A DNA stretch of 64,000 nt, taken from NCBI RefSeq assembly GCF_009914755.1, contig NC_060944.1. One strand, written 5' to 3'. Within the stretch, counting starts at the first letter, position 1. The number at the start of each line of letters is the position of its first letter. Shown in pieces: positions 27,881 through 39,328 of the stretch. Source of the stretch: the human T2T-CHM13v2.0 reference genome, Homo sapiens. The notes beneath the pieces are model-generated. The model was not told the DNA's origin and did no database searches. It saw nothing but the letters and a program-made list of their open reading frames with translations. A program made the translations under genes and the position numbers.

Positions 27881-28426
27881 CATTCTCAATTATTACAGAA
27901 AAAGCCTGTGGGTGTTAACCTTATGACTCCTTGCATATACTGAAAAATGTGTGTATTTGTTTTTATTTGGTTGCTGACTTGGAAGAGTACAGAATTTTAA
28001 GTTTTAAGCAATCTGATAATTTTCTTCTGTGAAGTGTGAAACTTTATTTGCTTTAATAAGTACCTGATGAACTCTTTATATCTTAAAATTCAAATCTTTC
28101 CTCATCTCTAGAAATTTCTCCCTTCTCTTCCTTCTTACACTTTGCCTTCTTTCCCTCCTCCTTCTCTTCCTTTCCTCCTTAGTCTCCTTATTTCAATCTT
28201 GCCATGTCTATTAGAGAGATGTTTGTTCTTCTGAATCTGCCCTATATATATCTCTTGACTTTCCCTTTATATTTTCTTTATCCTTTTCACTGTCTTATGA
28301 AAAAAAATCATCAATATAATATTCTAGCTTATTAATTTGCCTTTTTGTCATGGTCATTATTTTTTGAACTGTTTATCCTTTAAATGGGTGCATTGTTCTG
28401 TTATGTTTATATAAAAATGTCACTTC

Positions 28427-28430
<4 letters not shown>

Positions 28431-28482
<52 letters not shown>
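28431..28482. repeat. (TA)26 microsatellite
   Basis: Read directly; uninterrupted. Confidence 0.97.
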
Positions 28483-28487
<5 letters not shown>

Positions 28488-30729
28488 TCATGTTCACCTA
28501 TCTTGAGTGACTGTAGAAGTGGAACAGGATGAGTTTTCCAGGGCCAGTAGATTGTCTTCTTGTTATGTGGACTCTGCATTTCTCTACATTGGGGCATTGC
28601 TTTTCCCTCTTCTTCCTGTTGCCCACCACAAAGCTTTGTCCTGTGGCCAATATTATCACTTCTTATTTATTAGCCCAATAGAAAGAGGATGAAGGGATCT
28701 ACCCTCACCTTGAATGTCAGCTTGTTATAGCTCTTCACTCTCAACTTGAAGCTGGCTTTATTAGCTTACATCCATGCCAGTCTTCTCTGCAAATATTTGG
28801 ACCCATGGTTTCCTGTGGTTTAATTTCCCCAGTGATCAGATCTTACTTATGTCTGTCTTTGTGATTCTTCTGCATTTCTGATTCATTGATGACACTCTTG
28901 ATGGTCTTTCGAGGCATTTACAACTTTATTTTGTTTCTTAAATATCTATTTTTTATTGTTTTTCCATGGAACTTTTAGAAGAGTGGTAGGATTCATATAA
29001 GTACTGAGTCTGCCATCTTTATTCAATATCTCTATCTAATTCTTTAAGAATAAAATTTAAATTTAGCCATCTTTAAGTTAGGTTCTTATACTTCAAAGAA
29101 CTACTGTAAATACAGTTACCCTTATCAACCAAAAGGAAAATATAAGCATATTTTGTTATTATCCCAAGTTCTGCCTTAGAAACAGCTGGCTCTCAAAAGG
29201 ACAATTATATAAAATACAGTATTCGGTGAGAACTGAAGTGTCAATGTAGACGCAAATGAATAACATTGTGTTTGATAAAGATTCTTTCTCACTCTACAAG
29301 AGATATGCTTCCAAATTTGGTAATAGTTTTAACAATGAGCTATGGATATGCTCTTTTCACTTTCATACAAGCATCAAGCCTTGTAGCAGGGTTTTTTGGA
29401 AAGAGCATGGTTTGGGAACTGGAAATATTAATAATTCCCATTTTGTCCAATCAAGTTTTCTGACTTTCCATCAACTTATCTATAAAAGTTTGATAGAAAT
29501 ATCTATAACACTTGGAAAATTATAAATTATCGTACAAATATAAAGATTGAAAAATAAAGATTATGACATTGCAGAAGAAACAATGCTATTTTTGTGGGTC
29601 TTTTTAGGTTTAACTCACTTCTTTCTACACTCCATTCTCCAAAATGATTGTGTCCTTATGGCCTGGTATTTTCTATCATATCTAGCCATTTGTATAGAAA
29701 GCAAAATAAAGATGGTAAGCCAAATGACAAATTAAGTCTATAGATAAATAAAGATATATCCTATTGCAATGCTTTTGTTTTTGAAATATCAAGTCCAGCT
29801 TCATTTTCTGGTTTAGTTAAAATGCTGTGGGAAGCTTCTCTGGGACTAGAGGACATTGACCTTTGGAAGGCGTTGGCTGCTCCTGAAGAAAGCTCCTGGC
29901 TGTTTAAAGGAATGGGGTGGAGTGGAAATACACACAGACAGGAAACCTCACAGGTGGGGAGAAGAGGGCCACGCCCAAAAGCAAGTCAGTTCATTCACCG
30001 ATCAGATCTTTAATTCTAAGTAGGTCTCCAAACTCAATTGGCCCTCTCAGAAACATGTAGGTTACTGACCTTGTGTATCAGATCTGGGTTAATGTTTATG
30101 TCATGCACAAAGAAATAACTCTGAGTACTTTAAAAAAAAAAAAACAACAACAACAACACTAGCCCTTCCTTTTTGCAGGGGAGTTGCAAGTACTTAATTT
30201 ATACAATTTCCATTAAGCATGAAGATTATTCCCTAGAAGGAAGTCTTTTCTGACCCTGCAGAATATATTAGAATCCCTGTATCTTGCCCTCAAAGCATTT
30301 ATCTCAGTGAAGAGCCAGCTGTCCATTTCTACATAGGTACAAATTCTGAATCCCTGAGTCAGGAGGCAGAGAGGTTAGACAGGATGAAGTATTTTCCGAC
30401 CTTCTCTTAGGTGGCCATGACAATGCATCTTCATGTGGCATGGGCTGGGAAGCCATGGGCTGTTTTTTCAAGCCAACGCCAAGTTCCCTATGACTAAAGG
30501 ACACTCCTACTATATATAGTCTGGCAACCTGCTGGCCCTAGTTTTCCATATCACGGGCCAGGGTTTTTGTCATCACTGGTGTTTTGGAGGGAAGCTAGGT
30601 ATGACCGAAATCACTCTGAAGTCACTGTCTAGGGGAGTGGGTGAGGTCCGAGGCTGACCAGAGTTCAAGTCACGCACCTTTCTGGGCCTGATTCTCCTCA
30701 TGGGCCGAGTGGGTGTTTGAGCTCTAAAA

Positions 30730-31082
30730 CAGCAGTCCCCGATCTTTTTGGCACCAGGGACTGCTTTTGAGGAAGACAATTTTTCCACCAAAAGCCAGGT
30801 GGGGTGAAGGGGTATAGTTTCAGGATGAAACTGTTCCACCTCAGATCATTAGGCATTAGATTCTCATAAGGATCACAAAACCTAGACCCCTCGCATGCGC
30901 AGTTCACAATAGGATTTGCACTCCTATGAGAATCTCATGCCACTGCTGATCTGACAGGAGGTGGAGCTCGGAGCCCAGGTGGTAATGCTCGCTCACCCGC
31001 TGCTCACCTCCTGCTGTGTGGCCTGGTTCCTAACAGGCCACAGACTGGTACCTGTCTGCAGCCCAGGGCTTGGGGACCCCTG
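30730..31082. mobile_element. MER1B-like hAT-Charlie element
   Basis: Termini cagcagtcccc..ggggacccctg; internal aggatgaaactgttccacctcagatca and ctcctatgagaatct. Confidence 0.8.
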
Positions 31083-32491
31083 CTCTGTGATTGTTGTGGC
31101 CCCTCTAGCCCTGGTGCCCTGTGCATCTTGTAGTTCCAAATCTGAAATTAATTTTAATTTTATAGACAGAATACTTTGATTCTTGTCTCCTCTCCAAAAC
31201 CAACTGATACTTTATTTTGGGTAAGATTCCTCATAAAACCTAAAATTATAATTCTCTTCAGAGTCCAGAAATATTACTTACACACCTACTGCTCTCTTTT
31301 CTCATGATAGGATGAGTTTATAGATTATTATTTCAAATAAGACTTTTAAAATTATAAATAGAGAAACACAACATTTGGGGATATAGAATAATCCACAAAG
31401 CAGTAAACAGTCTGAAAAAAATGTATTGAATCAAAGAAGAAATAGTTTGAGAATGAGTTTTCTAGAATTATATAATCTTGTAGCCTCAAAAAATATGTCT
31501 CTTTCCCTGTGAGAAAGACATATAAAGAGTATAATTGATTATCAGAAACTTGGAGCTTTAAATCATAACAAAACCTACATCACAGCTACTTAAAGAAAAT
31601 GCATTCAAGGTGAGACTTTTAAATGTAGAATTGCCCGACCATCCTTCAAATTTAAACAGTATATGCTTATGAACATTCTTTCCTACAAAAGAAAAGTATA
31701 CTTTTTCCCCAAGAAATGATGCTGTTGTCACCAAGGACCAAAGGATGAAGTGACAGAACGATCTGTGGCTTGGGTGTAGCCATCTGCCATCAAAACCTGC
31801 CTATTCTCCATATTATATTCTGCAATGAACCAGTGCAGAGAATGAGTGGGCAAAGCGGTAGCATACGGTCATCCACAAAGGCACTCCCCATGGTCTCCTT
31901 GTTCCTTGAGGAAATCAGCTTCATTTAATAAGGGAAAGGAGAGCCAAGTGCTCCAAAGCATAGGCGGGAGAATGAGAAGGCTCACTCCCAATTATTCAGT
32001 GACCCCTCATTACCTGCAGGATAAAGGATGAGCTCTTCCTGCAAATGCTTCGGGTCCTCAAGCTTCCCACTGTCTGTGCCCAGCTGACATTGCAGCCTCA
32101 CCCACGCTGTAGGGAGTCATTAGGGGATGGGGTCAGAGAGGTAACCAGAAGCTATATAAGTCAGGATGTCTAATCAGGAGTGAGGTGGGAGCCATTATAA
32201 GTTCTGAGCAAAGAGTGACAGCGTGTGCATTATATTTTATTCTTATCAATTCTTCCCAAATGCACTCCACATTCCCAGCATACAAACCCACTCCCCTGAG
32301 AACTCCCCAAGCATCCCTGCCCATAAAAATCTCATTCTGCTTTGGTGTCCATCTCCAAGGACTCTCCCACATAAAGCTTCCTTGATTCCTCCAACAAGGT
32401 AGGACTCTCCCTCCTACTGTAATCCCACGAATGTCCAAAGTGCTTGGCTTAGACGACAGTTACCATTATTGCATTTTCTGCCTTGGATTAA

Positions 32492-33005
32492 TTTTCTTCT
32501 TGTTTGCTCCAAGAATACTCGCAGGAGAATCTTGAGGCTGCAGCATTCATCCTAAGAAAACCTTGCCATGAACTATTAATATCTCACTTGTATTATTTTC
32601 GCATTACTCCAGTATATCAACTTTGAAAACAAAAGACATCATTCTATTTACAGCATTCTGGTTTTAGTAATGGTATTTCCACTTACATAATATAGTAACT
32701 CTCTAGCTCACGGAAAATGTCAAATCCTAGAAAACGTAGCATTCCTACGCGTGATGTTAGCATCATTCTTTAACAGTTGTTAGCCAAAAATTAATTTGAT
32801 GAATCTGATTTTTCCTAAATAGATTATTCTGATGCAGATGATTTTGATGTTAGTTCTATTTAGAACTAACTCCAAGAACAGTTTGTATATTTTATTTTCA
32901 CATTGAAAATCAGTCAGATTTGCTTCAGCCTCAAAGAGCATGTTTATGTAAAATCAAATGAGCGCCGGCAATGAGCTATACTTTTTTTTCTAAACGGGAA
33001 GAGGG
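32492..33005 (-). mobile_element. MER75-like piggyBac-family MITE (514 bp)
   Basis: Right end ttttttctaaacgggaagaggg and internal cagtcagatttgcttcagcctcaaagagc match recalled MER75. TTAA at 32488-32491. Confidence 0.75.
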
Positions 33006-33636
33006 AACTATTAAGAGTCAAATGATGACATTAGACATGTCTTGCTTTAAGCCTCAGCTAGATTGCAGATCCCTTTGGTCATGGATTACACTTTATACAG
33101 CAACTCAGCGTTCTTACCTCAGCTGTGAGAGAGGCCCGCTGCCTCCACGAGCTCCTCTGATTAGTTTCCATTGGCCATGTAACAGCTAGCCACCCTCGAG
33201 TAGCAGTTTTGCCAGCAGGTCCGATAGTTCAAGTTCATCCCCACTTCTAATCACACGGTGAGTGATATATTCATGTTCAAAAAAGTTGAAATCACATGAT
33301 CATCTCAACCATTTTTTTCCAACGAAACTGCTTTGGACATAGACACCTGTGTTACCCTTAGAGAAACTGCAGGGACGTGTTGTCTCCACTTGCTTTCGGG
33401 CTTGTATTGCACTGACATCTTTGTTACCCCTGTTCATCACATGTTTTCATTCCCCCACTAAAAGGCATGTTCTTTAGCCTCACAGATTTACTTCCCTCAC
33501 CTACTGACCTTTGCTCAAAATATATCTGTAGATGTGTTATTTCCACAGCTCTTCCAGGTCTTCTTCCCTGCTTCAATTGTAAGTGAAATCCAGAAAGCAA
33601 AGAACCAGAGATAACCTTCTACCTCTGTTCTAACAG

Positions 33637-33791
33637 GATTTTGTGCCACTGTATCAAGACTTTGAAAATTTTTATACAAGAAACCTTTACATGCGAATCA
33701 GAGACAACTGGAACCGGCCCATCTGCAGTGCCCCAGGGCCTCTGTTTGATTTGATGGAGAGGGTATCAGACGACTATAACTGGACGTTTAG
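33637..33791 (+). CDS. SPTLC3: SPTLC3 coding exon 3 (155 nt), [51 protein letters not shown](R)
   Basis: ttctaacag acceptor and AG|gtgaga donor. Read by hand because the ORF track misses it. Carries the LCB2-family motif [15 protein letters not shown] and is in frame with exon 2. Confidence 0.97.
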
Positions 33792-34289
33792 GTGAGAGAA
33801 CTTCTTGGAGGGGATTGGTGAAAAGAAAAACCTTTCAAGGAAATCCTAGCATGGCCACTAGATGACAAATCCAAAAAAACAAGGCATGGAAGCCATTGGT
33901 TTTGTATCATTTATGCCTTTGCAAGCCCTCCTGATGCCAGGGGAGGAAGGCACAGTAAAGTAATCAAGCAGCTGCCAGAGTGGCTTTTTTGTATTGTAAT
34001 TAACCTAAGACCTGGGTCAGAAGGTGCAGGACACACCAAGCCAGCCAGGAAGACACCTTTCAGCTTTATTGACAAATTCTACTCTCCTACTTACAGCTGA
34101 ATGAGACAGTGATGACCATGGTTCTTGTTCTTCTGGAAGGCTCTTGCTAGAATTTAAACCAGAGCATGAGTGTCATAGAAATAAGTGCCCAAGGAAAATC
34201 AGGTCTAAGTAACAATCCATGGGTCAAGATGTCTTTCTCAAATGCTCTGCCCAACTTCATCATGGGTTTACCTTTCTCTTAGGGAAAAC

Positions 34290-34765
34290 CATTTTTTGGT
34301 AACAACTTTGTTGATGCATAATACATGTACATTATTTTGGAGTACATGTAATAATTTAATACATTCATATAAATTGTAAAGATCAAATCAGTGTACTTGG
34401 GGCATCCATCATCTTAAATATTTGTCTTTTTTTATGCCAGAATCATTTAAATTATTTTCTTCTAGCTATTTTGAAATAGACCATACATTATTTTATAAAC
34501 CACAGTCACCCTACTGATCTGAGTTTTATTTCTTCTATCACACCATATCTTTGTACCTGTTAGTCAATTTCTCTTTATCTCCCCCTCCTCCCTACCTTTT
34601 CTAGCCTCTGGTAACAACCAATCTACTCTCCCTTCATGAGATCTGCCTTTTTAGCTCCCACGTTATAGGTAAAAAGAAATGTGATATTTGACTGCTGTGC
34701 CTTGCTTATTTCACTTAATATAAAGGCCTCTAGTTCCATCCAAATTGCTTCAAATTACAAGGTTT
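34290..34765 (-). mobile_element. L1MA-like 3' end
   Basis: gatcaaatcagtgtacttggggcatccatc..ctagcctctggtaacaaccaatctactctc. Confidence 0.7.
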
Positions 34766-34864
34766 TCTTTCTTTTTCTTTCTTTATGTTGAAAACAATGC
34801 AAGTTAATAAGAAAGAAAATATATGATTTGGGCCAGACCTAAGGCCCCTCCAGCACTAGGATAA

Positions 34865-35694
34865 TTTTTTTTTTTTTACATTTGGGAAAATAAAACTTTA
34901 TTAAATCAAATGAATGGGCATGTCTGTTTCCTAAGAAAGACAATGATAATGAACTTGGTGGAAGGAATAATAGTGGGTAGGAGTTTGTTGACTTTGCTTT
35001 TAGCCTCACGGTAGTTGGTAGAGCATCAGGGAATGATTAACATTTTTTTTTAATGTGACTGCTTATCTGCTTGTTCATTGCTGCAGCTTCAGTTCTGAGT
35101 TGACGCCTGAACTGCCAACAGTATCCATTATTCCAGACACGGTCCAAAGAGGGCAGCCAGCCTGCACTGGTCCTGGAGCTGTGATTAAAGTTGGCCCCAA
35201 CTCAGTTTGGGGAAAGTTCCTTCAACTTCTCTTTTTCCTTTTCTTTAATAAATTCTTTATAGGACGGTCCTGTTTGTTGGTTCCCAGAGATGCATTCTTC
35301 ATCCTGGATCATCCAGGGAGGTGTGGCACCTGAGTGGATGTTACCAACTCCTGGTATATCCTGATGACCAATGAATATCGGAGATAGTCCTGTCTCCATC
35401 CAGTCAAGCTCTGGAGCTGTGGCAGGTCCAAGTTGGAGGCCTGCTGTGGGCTGGAAGCTACCTGGCTGTTCATCCTTTTCCAGCTTCCAGGGACTAAAGT
35501 GCCCGGCACTGGCTGAGGGGGTCTGGATCCTCCGAGGGAAACCAACCTCTAGGACAGACTGAACCACCTCCTGCCAGCTCTGTTCCACCTCACAGATCTG
35601 AGCTGCCATCTCCTTGGTCACCTCATCCTCTTTTTCTTCATAGGAACCCAAGTCTTCCACCAGGGATTTTTTGAATCGTGCATAATCCTGGGGA
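34865..35694 (-). pseudogene. CENATACP1: 5'-truncated processed pseudogene of CENATAC (CCDC84), antisense in SPTLC3 intron 3
   Basis: Minus-strand translation [84 protein letters not shown] matches the recalled CCDC84 C-terminal half. It is intronless, with AATAAA (minus strand, 34897-34902), a poly(A) tail (T run 34865-34877), frameshifts and a premature TGA at 35202-35204. The locus symbol is from memory. Confidence 0.88.
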
Positions 35695-35729
35695 GGGGAT
35701 TATGTGCTCATTTACATGTTTCCCCACAG

Positions 35730-35878
35730 GTTTACTGGAAGAGTCATCAAAGATGTCATCAACATGGGCTCCTATAACTTCCTTGGTCTTGCAGCCAAGT
35801 ATGATGAGTCTATGAGGACAATAAAGGATGTTTTAGAGGTGTATGGCACAGGCGTGGCCAGCACCAGGCATGAAATGG
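35730..35878 (+). CDS. SPTLC3: SPTLC3 coding exon 4 (149 nt), (R)FTGRVIKDVINMGSYNFLGLAAKYDESMRTIKDVLEVYGTGVASTRHEM(G)
   Basis: ccccacag acceptor and G|gtatgt donor. GSYNFLG motif of alpha-oxoamine synthases. Phases match exons 3 and 5. Confidence 0.97.
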
Positions 35879-38149
35879 GTATGTACATTCACTGTTTTGA
35901 AACTTTTTGCTGTTAGGTCTCAGATTCCTTGTGTCTGTCTCTCAAATCTAGATCATATTTGGACTGTGTCCCTTAAAAAGGTGTTATAAACTGCAGAAAG
36001 AAAAAAAAGAGATATTTTGGGAAATTTCAAGCATTAGGCTGTTGCCAGGCAGTTTATTAATTGCATGTTTCAATTCTCCAGAATAGACAAAAATGGATCT
36101 TTCCTGCCCATATTATCTAAAATAGCAACACTGTGCCTCCTCTAGCTGGTCCTTTTCTGCCCTTTCTTCCACTTTTCTTAACGATGTTCATCACCAGTTA
36201 AAATGATCTTGCATTTGTATTTGTTTATGGCCTGTCTCTGCTCCTAAAACATAAGCTTTGTGAGAAGAGGGATTGGACTTGTGGAATGTTGCACTGAATA
36301 AATGAATGAATGGACCAGGTGAAGCAGACGAGCAGCCTGCCTCTTTATTTTCCTTTTAGTGAAAATGTTTTTCTCTTACTCAAAGTAGTAACATCTGTGA
36401 GAAGGAAACCCACTCATCTTCAATTCAGGAAGAAAGAATAATGCAAGCTTGTTCTTATAGAGTGCTTTTCAATTCTTGGCATGAGGATAGAGAGAGGGAG
36501 AGCGTTCATTTATTCAAAAAAAAAAAAAAAACCTGTGTAGGCAACACAGGTGGTGTTATTCTCATCTTCTGGGGGAAGAATCTGAGATCATGGCACCTAA
36601 GTGATGTACTCAAGGAAGTTAAATAACCAACCTAATTCCCAGTCTAGCTCAGCTTTCTCTACTACAGCCCTTCTCCCTCCTAGTGACACATGCAAGGTTC
36701 ACCAGGTCAGTTAGGTCTGCCTAAGAATTGGAGGCAAATGTGATTAAAAAGGGATTTACTATCATGTTAATGAATTATGAACCACATGTCCCTCTTAGGT
36801 AACCAATTAGTAGAGAGTTTTAGAAACTATTTAATTATTCAGACTTGTGCAGCAAATAATTCACATTGAACAAAGTAGGTACCTTTTTAATCCTAACATT
36901 CATTGGCTAAAGCTCTAGAGTTAATAGTGGGTGCACAGATTTCTTAAGAAAAACATCTTACTTATCTTCATTTTGAGGCATAAGGGCTGGAGATGTTAAC
37001 AGGGTGGAGATGAAAACAGGAGGCTTTACTCCACTTAGAAGGACTGGGTCACCGGTGATGCCCCATTTGGAGATGGGGCAGAGACTGGAGGAGTACCCCC
37101 AGCCATAAGGAGCACAGAGTCAGTAACCATTTGAGATATTTCCTCTGGTGCTGGTGACACCCAATACCAGGGTTGTTAATGACCAGCCAGAAGACACATT
37201 CCTGATAACAACCCCCCAACTCAGTGAGACAGAATGCTGCCTACACAGGCAGTAGAGGCTGAAGGAAAGCTGCTTGATACAGGCAGTGGTTCACTTACAG
37301 GGGAAGCCAGATATGGAACATGGGTCCCCGACTCCATAGGTTTAGCAAACCTTAAGAAACTAGGCAGAAATGAAGGTCCCATTTGGGACTTTCACTCAGC
37401 CCAAGTTCTTTCTCCTTCTGAATTGCCCAGTTTTTAATATTTCTCCATTTCATTTAGCTCTCCATGTCAAGTTCTAAGAAAAGGACTTTAACATTTTTCA
37501 AGTAAATAGTGAAAGACTCAAAGAGAAGCCACCGTCACTAATTTTAGGCAAATAGAATGACTGAAACATGAATATAAGGAGCCAGTCAGGAAATGAATAA
37601 ATAAAGAGAGGATATTTAAAGTATTCCGCAACATTAACAATAATCTTAACATGGCATGCAAGAATTAGGAGTAGCGTGATTCTGAAAGCCATTTATTCTA
37701 ATGAACACAGGTAACTTCTGGAAAACGTGTCTTAAGAGAATATTTAACAGTACAAATGGGTTAACAATGAAAATTGGAAAGCTAGAAGTTCAACAATTTT
37801 TAGTAACCAAAATACCTTCTTGAGAACCTACAAGTTCATGAATATTTAATCACTAAAAAATAACTCCTCAGAGCTTTTAAAAATAGTTTTCAATGTTCCA
37901 GGGGAAAAAGGAAAATAAAATCCATGTAACAAAAGAGGAAAGATAGAAAACGAAATAACAAGGAATCACTTAAAACTTAGATGACAGATATTATTTTGAC
38001 AAAAAAAAAATGTACCTAAAACAGATTTGTCCATTAAAAGAAAAAGACTGAGATTTGGCCAAAAACCTAAGTTCAACTATGTGCTGCAATTTAAAAATAT
38101 ACGATATTAAGTTAAAATTATTTCAAAGGGTGAAAAATAGAAAGATAGG

Positions 38150-38490
38150 TCCCACCGGGTACCTAGAGCCCACCTCCCTGCTGCAACCACCAAAGGGGCT
38201 CAAAAGGGAGGTCATGTCAGTAGAAGGAGCAGCAAAGGAAGAGCCCAGGAGGCAGGTTCCCGGAGGAAGATTGTTTGCAAAACCTGCACCTGTAAATGTT
38301 AAAACTGAGCCCAAAAATACAGCTGGAAATGATATATTTCCAGACACATCTGTACAGAAGTGCAAAGGCTATTTTTAAGATGTGAAATTATGTACTACTG
38401 CTTATTTTAGAGTACAACTAGAAAATAGTGGAATACAAAATTAAGGGAGACTTTGACTCCTTTATGGGTCAATTTACATTCCACATAAAT
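38150..38490 (+). pseudogene. Decayed HMGN1-like processed pseudogene fragment
   Basis: LKREVMSVEGAAKEEPRR..RLFAKPAPVNVKTEPKNTAGND..VQ aligns to recalled HMGN1 MPKRKVSSAEGAAKEEPKRRSARLSAKP..KVEAKPKKAAAKDKSSDKKVQ. The downstream gtacaactagaaaatagtgg...cattccaca resembles the HMGN1 3'UTR. The start codon is lost. Confidence 0.72.
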
Positions 38491-38544
38491 GAAGCAGCAA
38501 AGAACAAAAAAATGATATGGTAATAGGAGACAATAAGGTGTCTC

Positions 38545-38683
38545 CCACAGTTGACAACCATCGAGCCAGCATAACCTTGATCTCCAAATCTGACAAACAA
38601 GCATTTAATAAAGGGAAAACTATAAGTTACTATTACTTTATGTATTTTATATATAAAATACAAATAATATTATTACTTATAAA
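38545..38683 (+). repeat. 139-bp dispersed direct repeat, copy 1 (copy 2 at 39375-39513)
   Basis: About 125/139 identical, ungapped, offset 830 bp. Confidence 0.9.
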
Positions 38684-39167
38684 GTAATAAAGTAAGAAGC
38701 CAAAAATAAATAAATGATATAGAAGACATTAACAATGTAATCATTAATGATTGCTAATTTAATAGTTATCAATTGAATGCTAAACCTTAAAACATATTAC
38801 CACTAGACTTCACCTTTTTAAATCCTCATTGAATTTACATAAAAATCTACTATATATTATGCCACAAAGAAAACCACATGAAATTCTAAAAAGTAGAACC
38901 TACATAAGTCACATTCTTGAATCCTGTGAATAAAGCTAAAAATTAATAAGAAACTAACAAGTATGAGATTATGGGAAGCAGCTAGTTGTGTACATAGAGG
39001 AAAATATAAGTCTTACTTTACTAAGCAGGAAAGATGAAAGCTAGTAAACTGGGCAACCAACATAGCAAGGAATAAAAGAAAAGCAAAAGTATTGAATTAT
39101 TAAAGTTAAAAACAGAAACTTAGGAATTTGAAATAGTAATTTCTATTGAGCCAAGCTATCTGTACTT

Positions 39168-39328
<161 letters not shown>

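Noticed and set aside
33751-33753. Codon 140 reads TTG (Leu)
   Set aside because: I recall a common Leu/Val polymorphism here. It is not novel and cannot be assessed from one sequence.
34850-34864. Target-site duplication for the CENATAC retrocopy (aggataat vs gggattat)
   Set aside because: Too short and mismatched to call.
35704-35916. ORF-track ORFs around exons 4, 5 and 6 (also 52471-52653 and 54815-55021) as stand-alone genes
   Set aside because: They are SPTLC3 exons with short intronic extensions. The true boundaries are set by the splice sites.
38055-38378. 107-aa ORF as a functional HMGN protein
   Set aside because: It starts at a non-ATG codon in L1-like DNA, the nucleosome-binding motif is broken and the C-terminus is absent.
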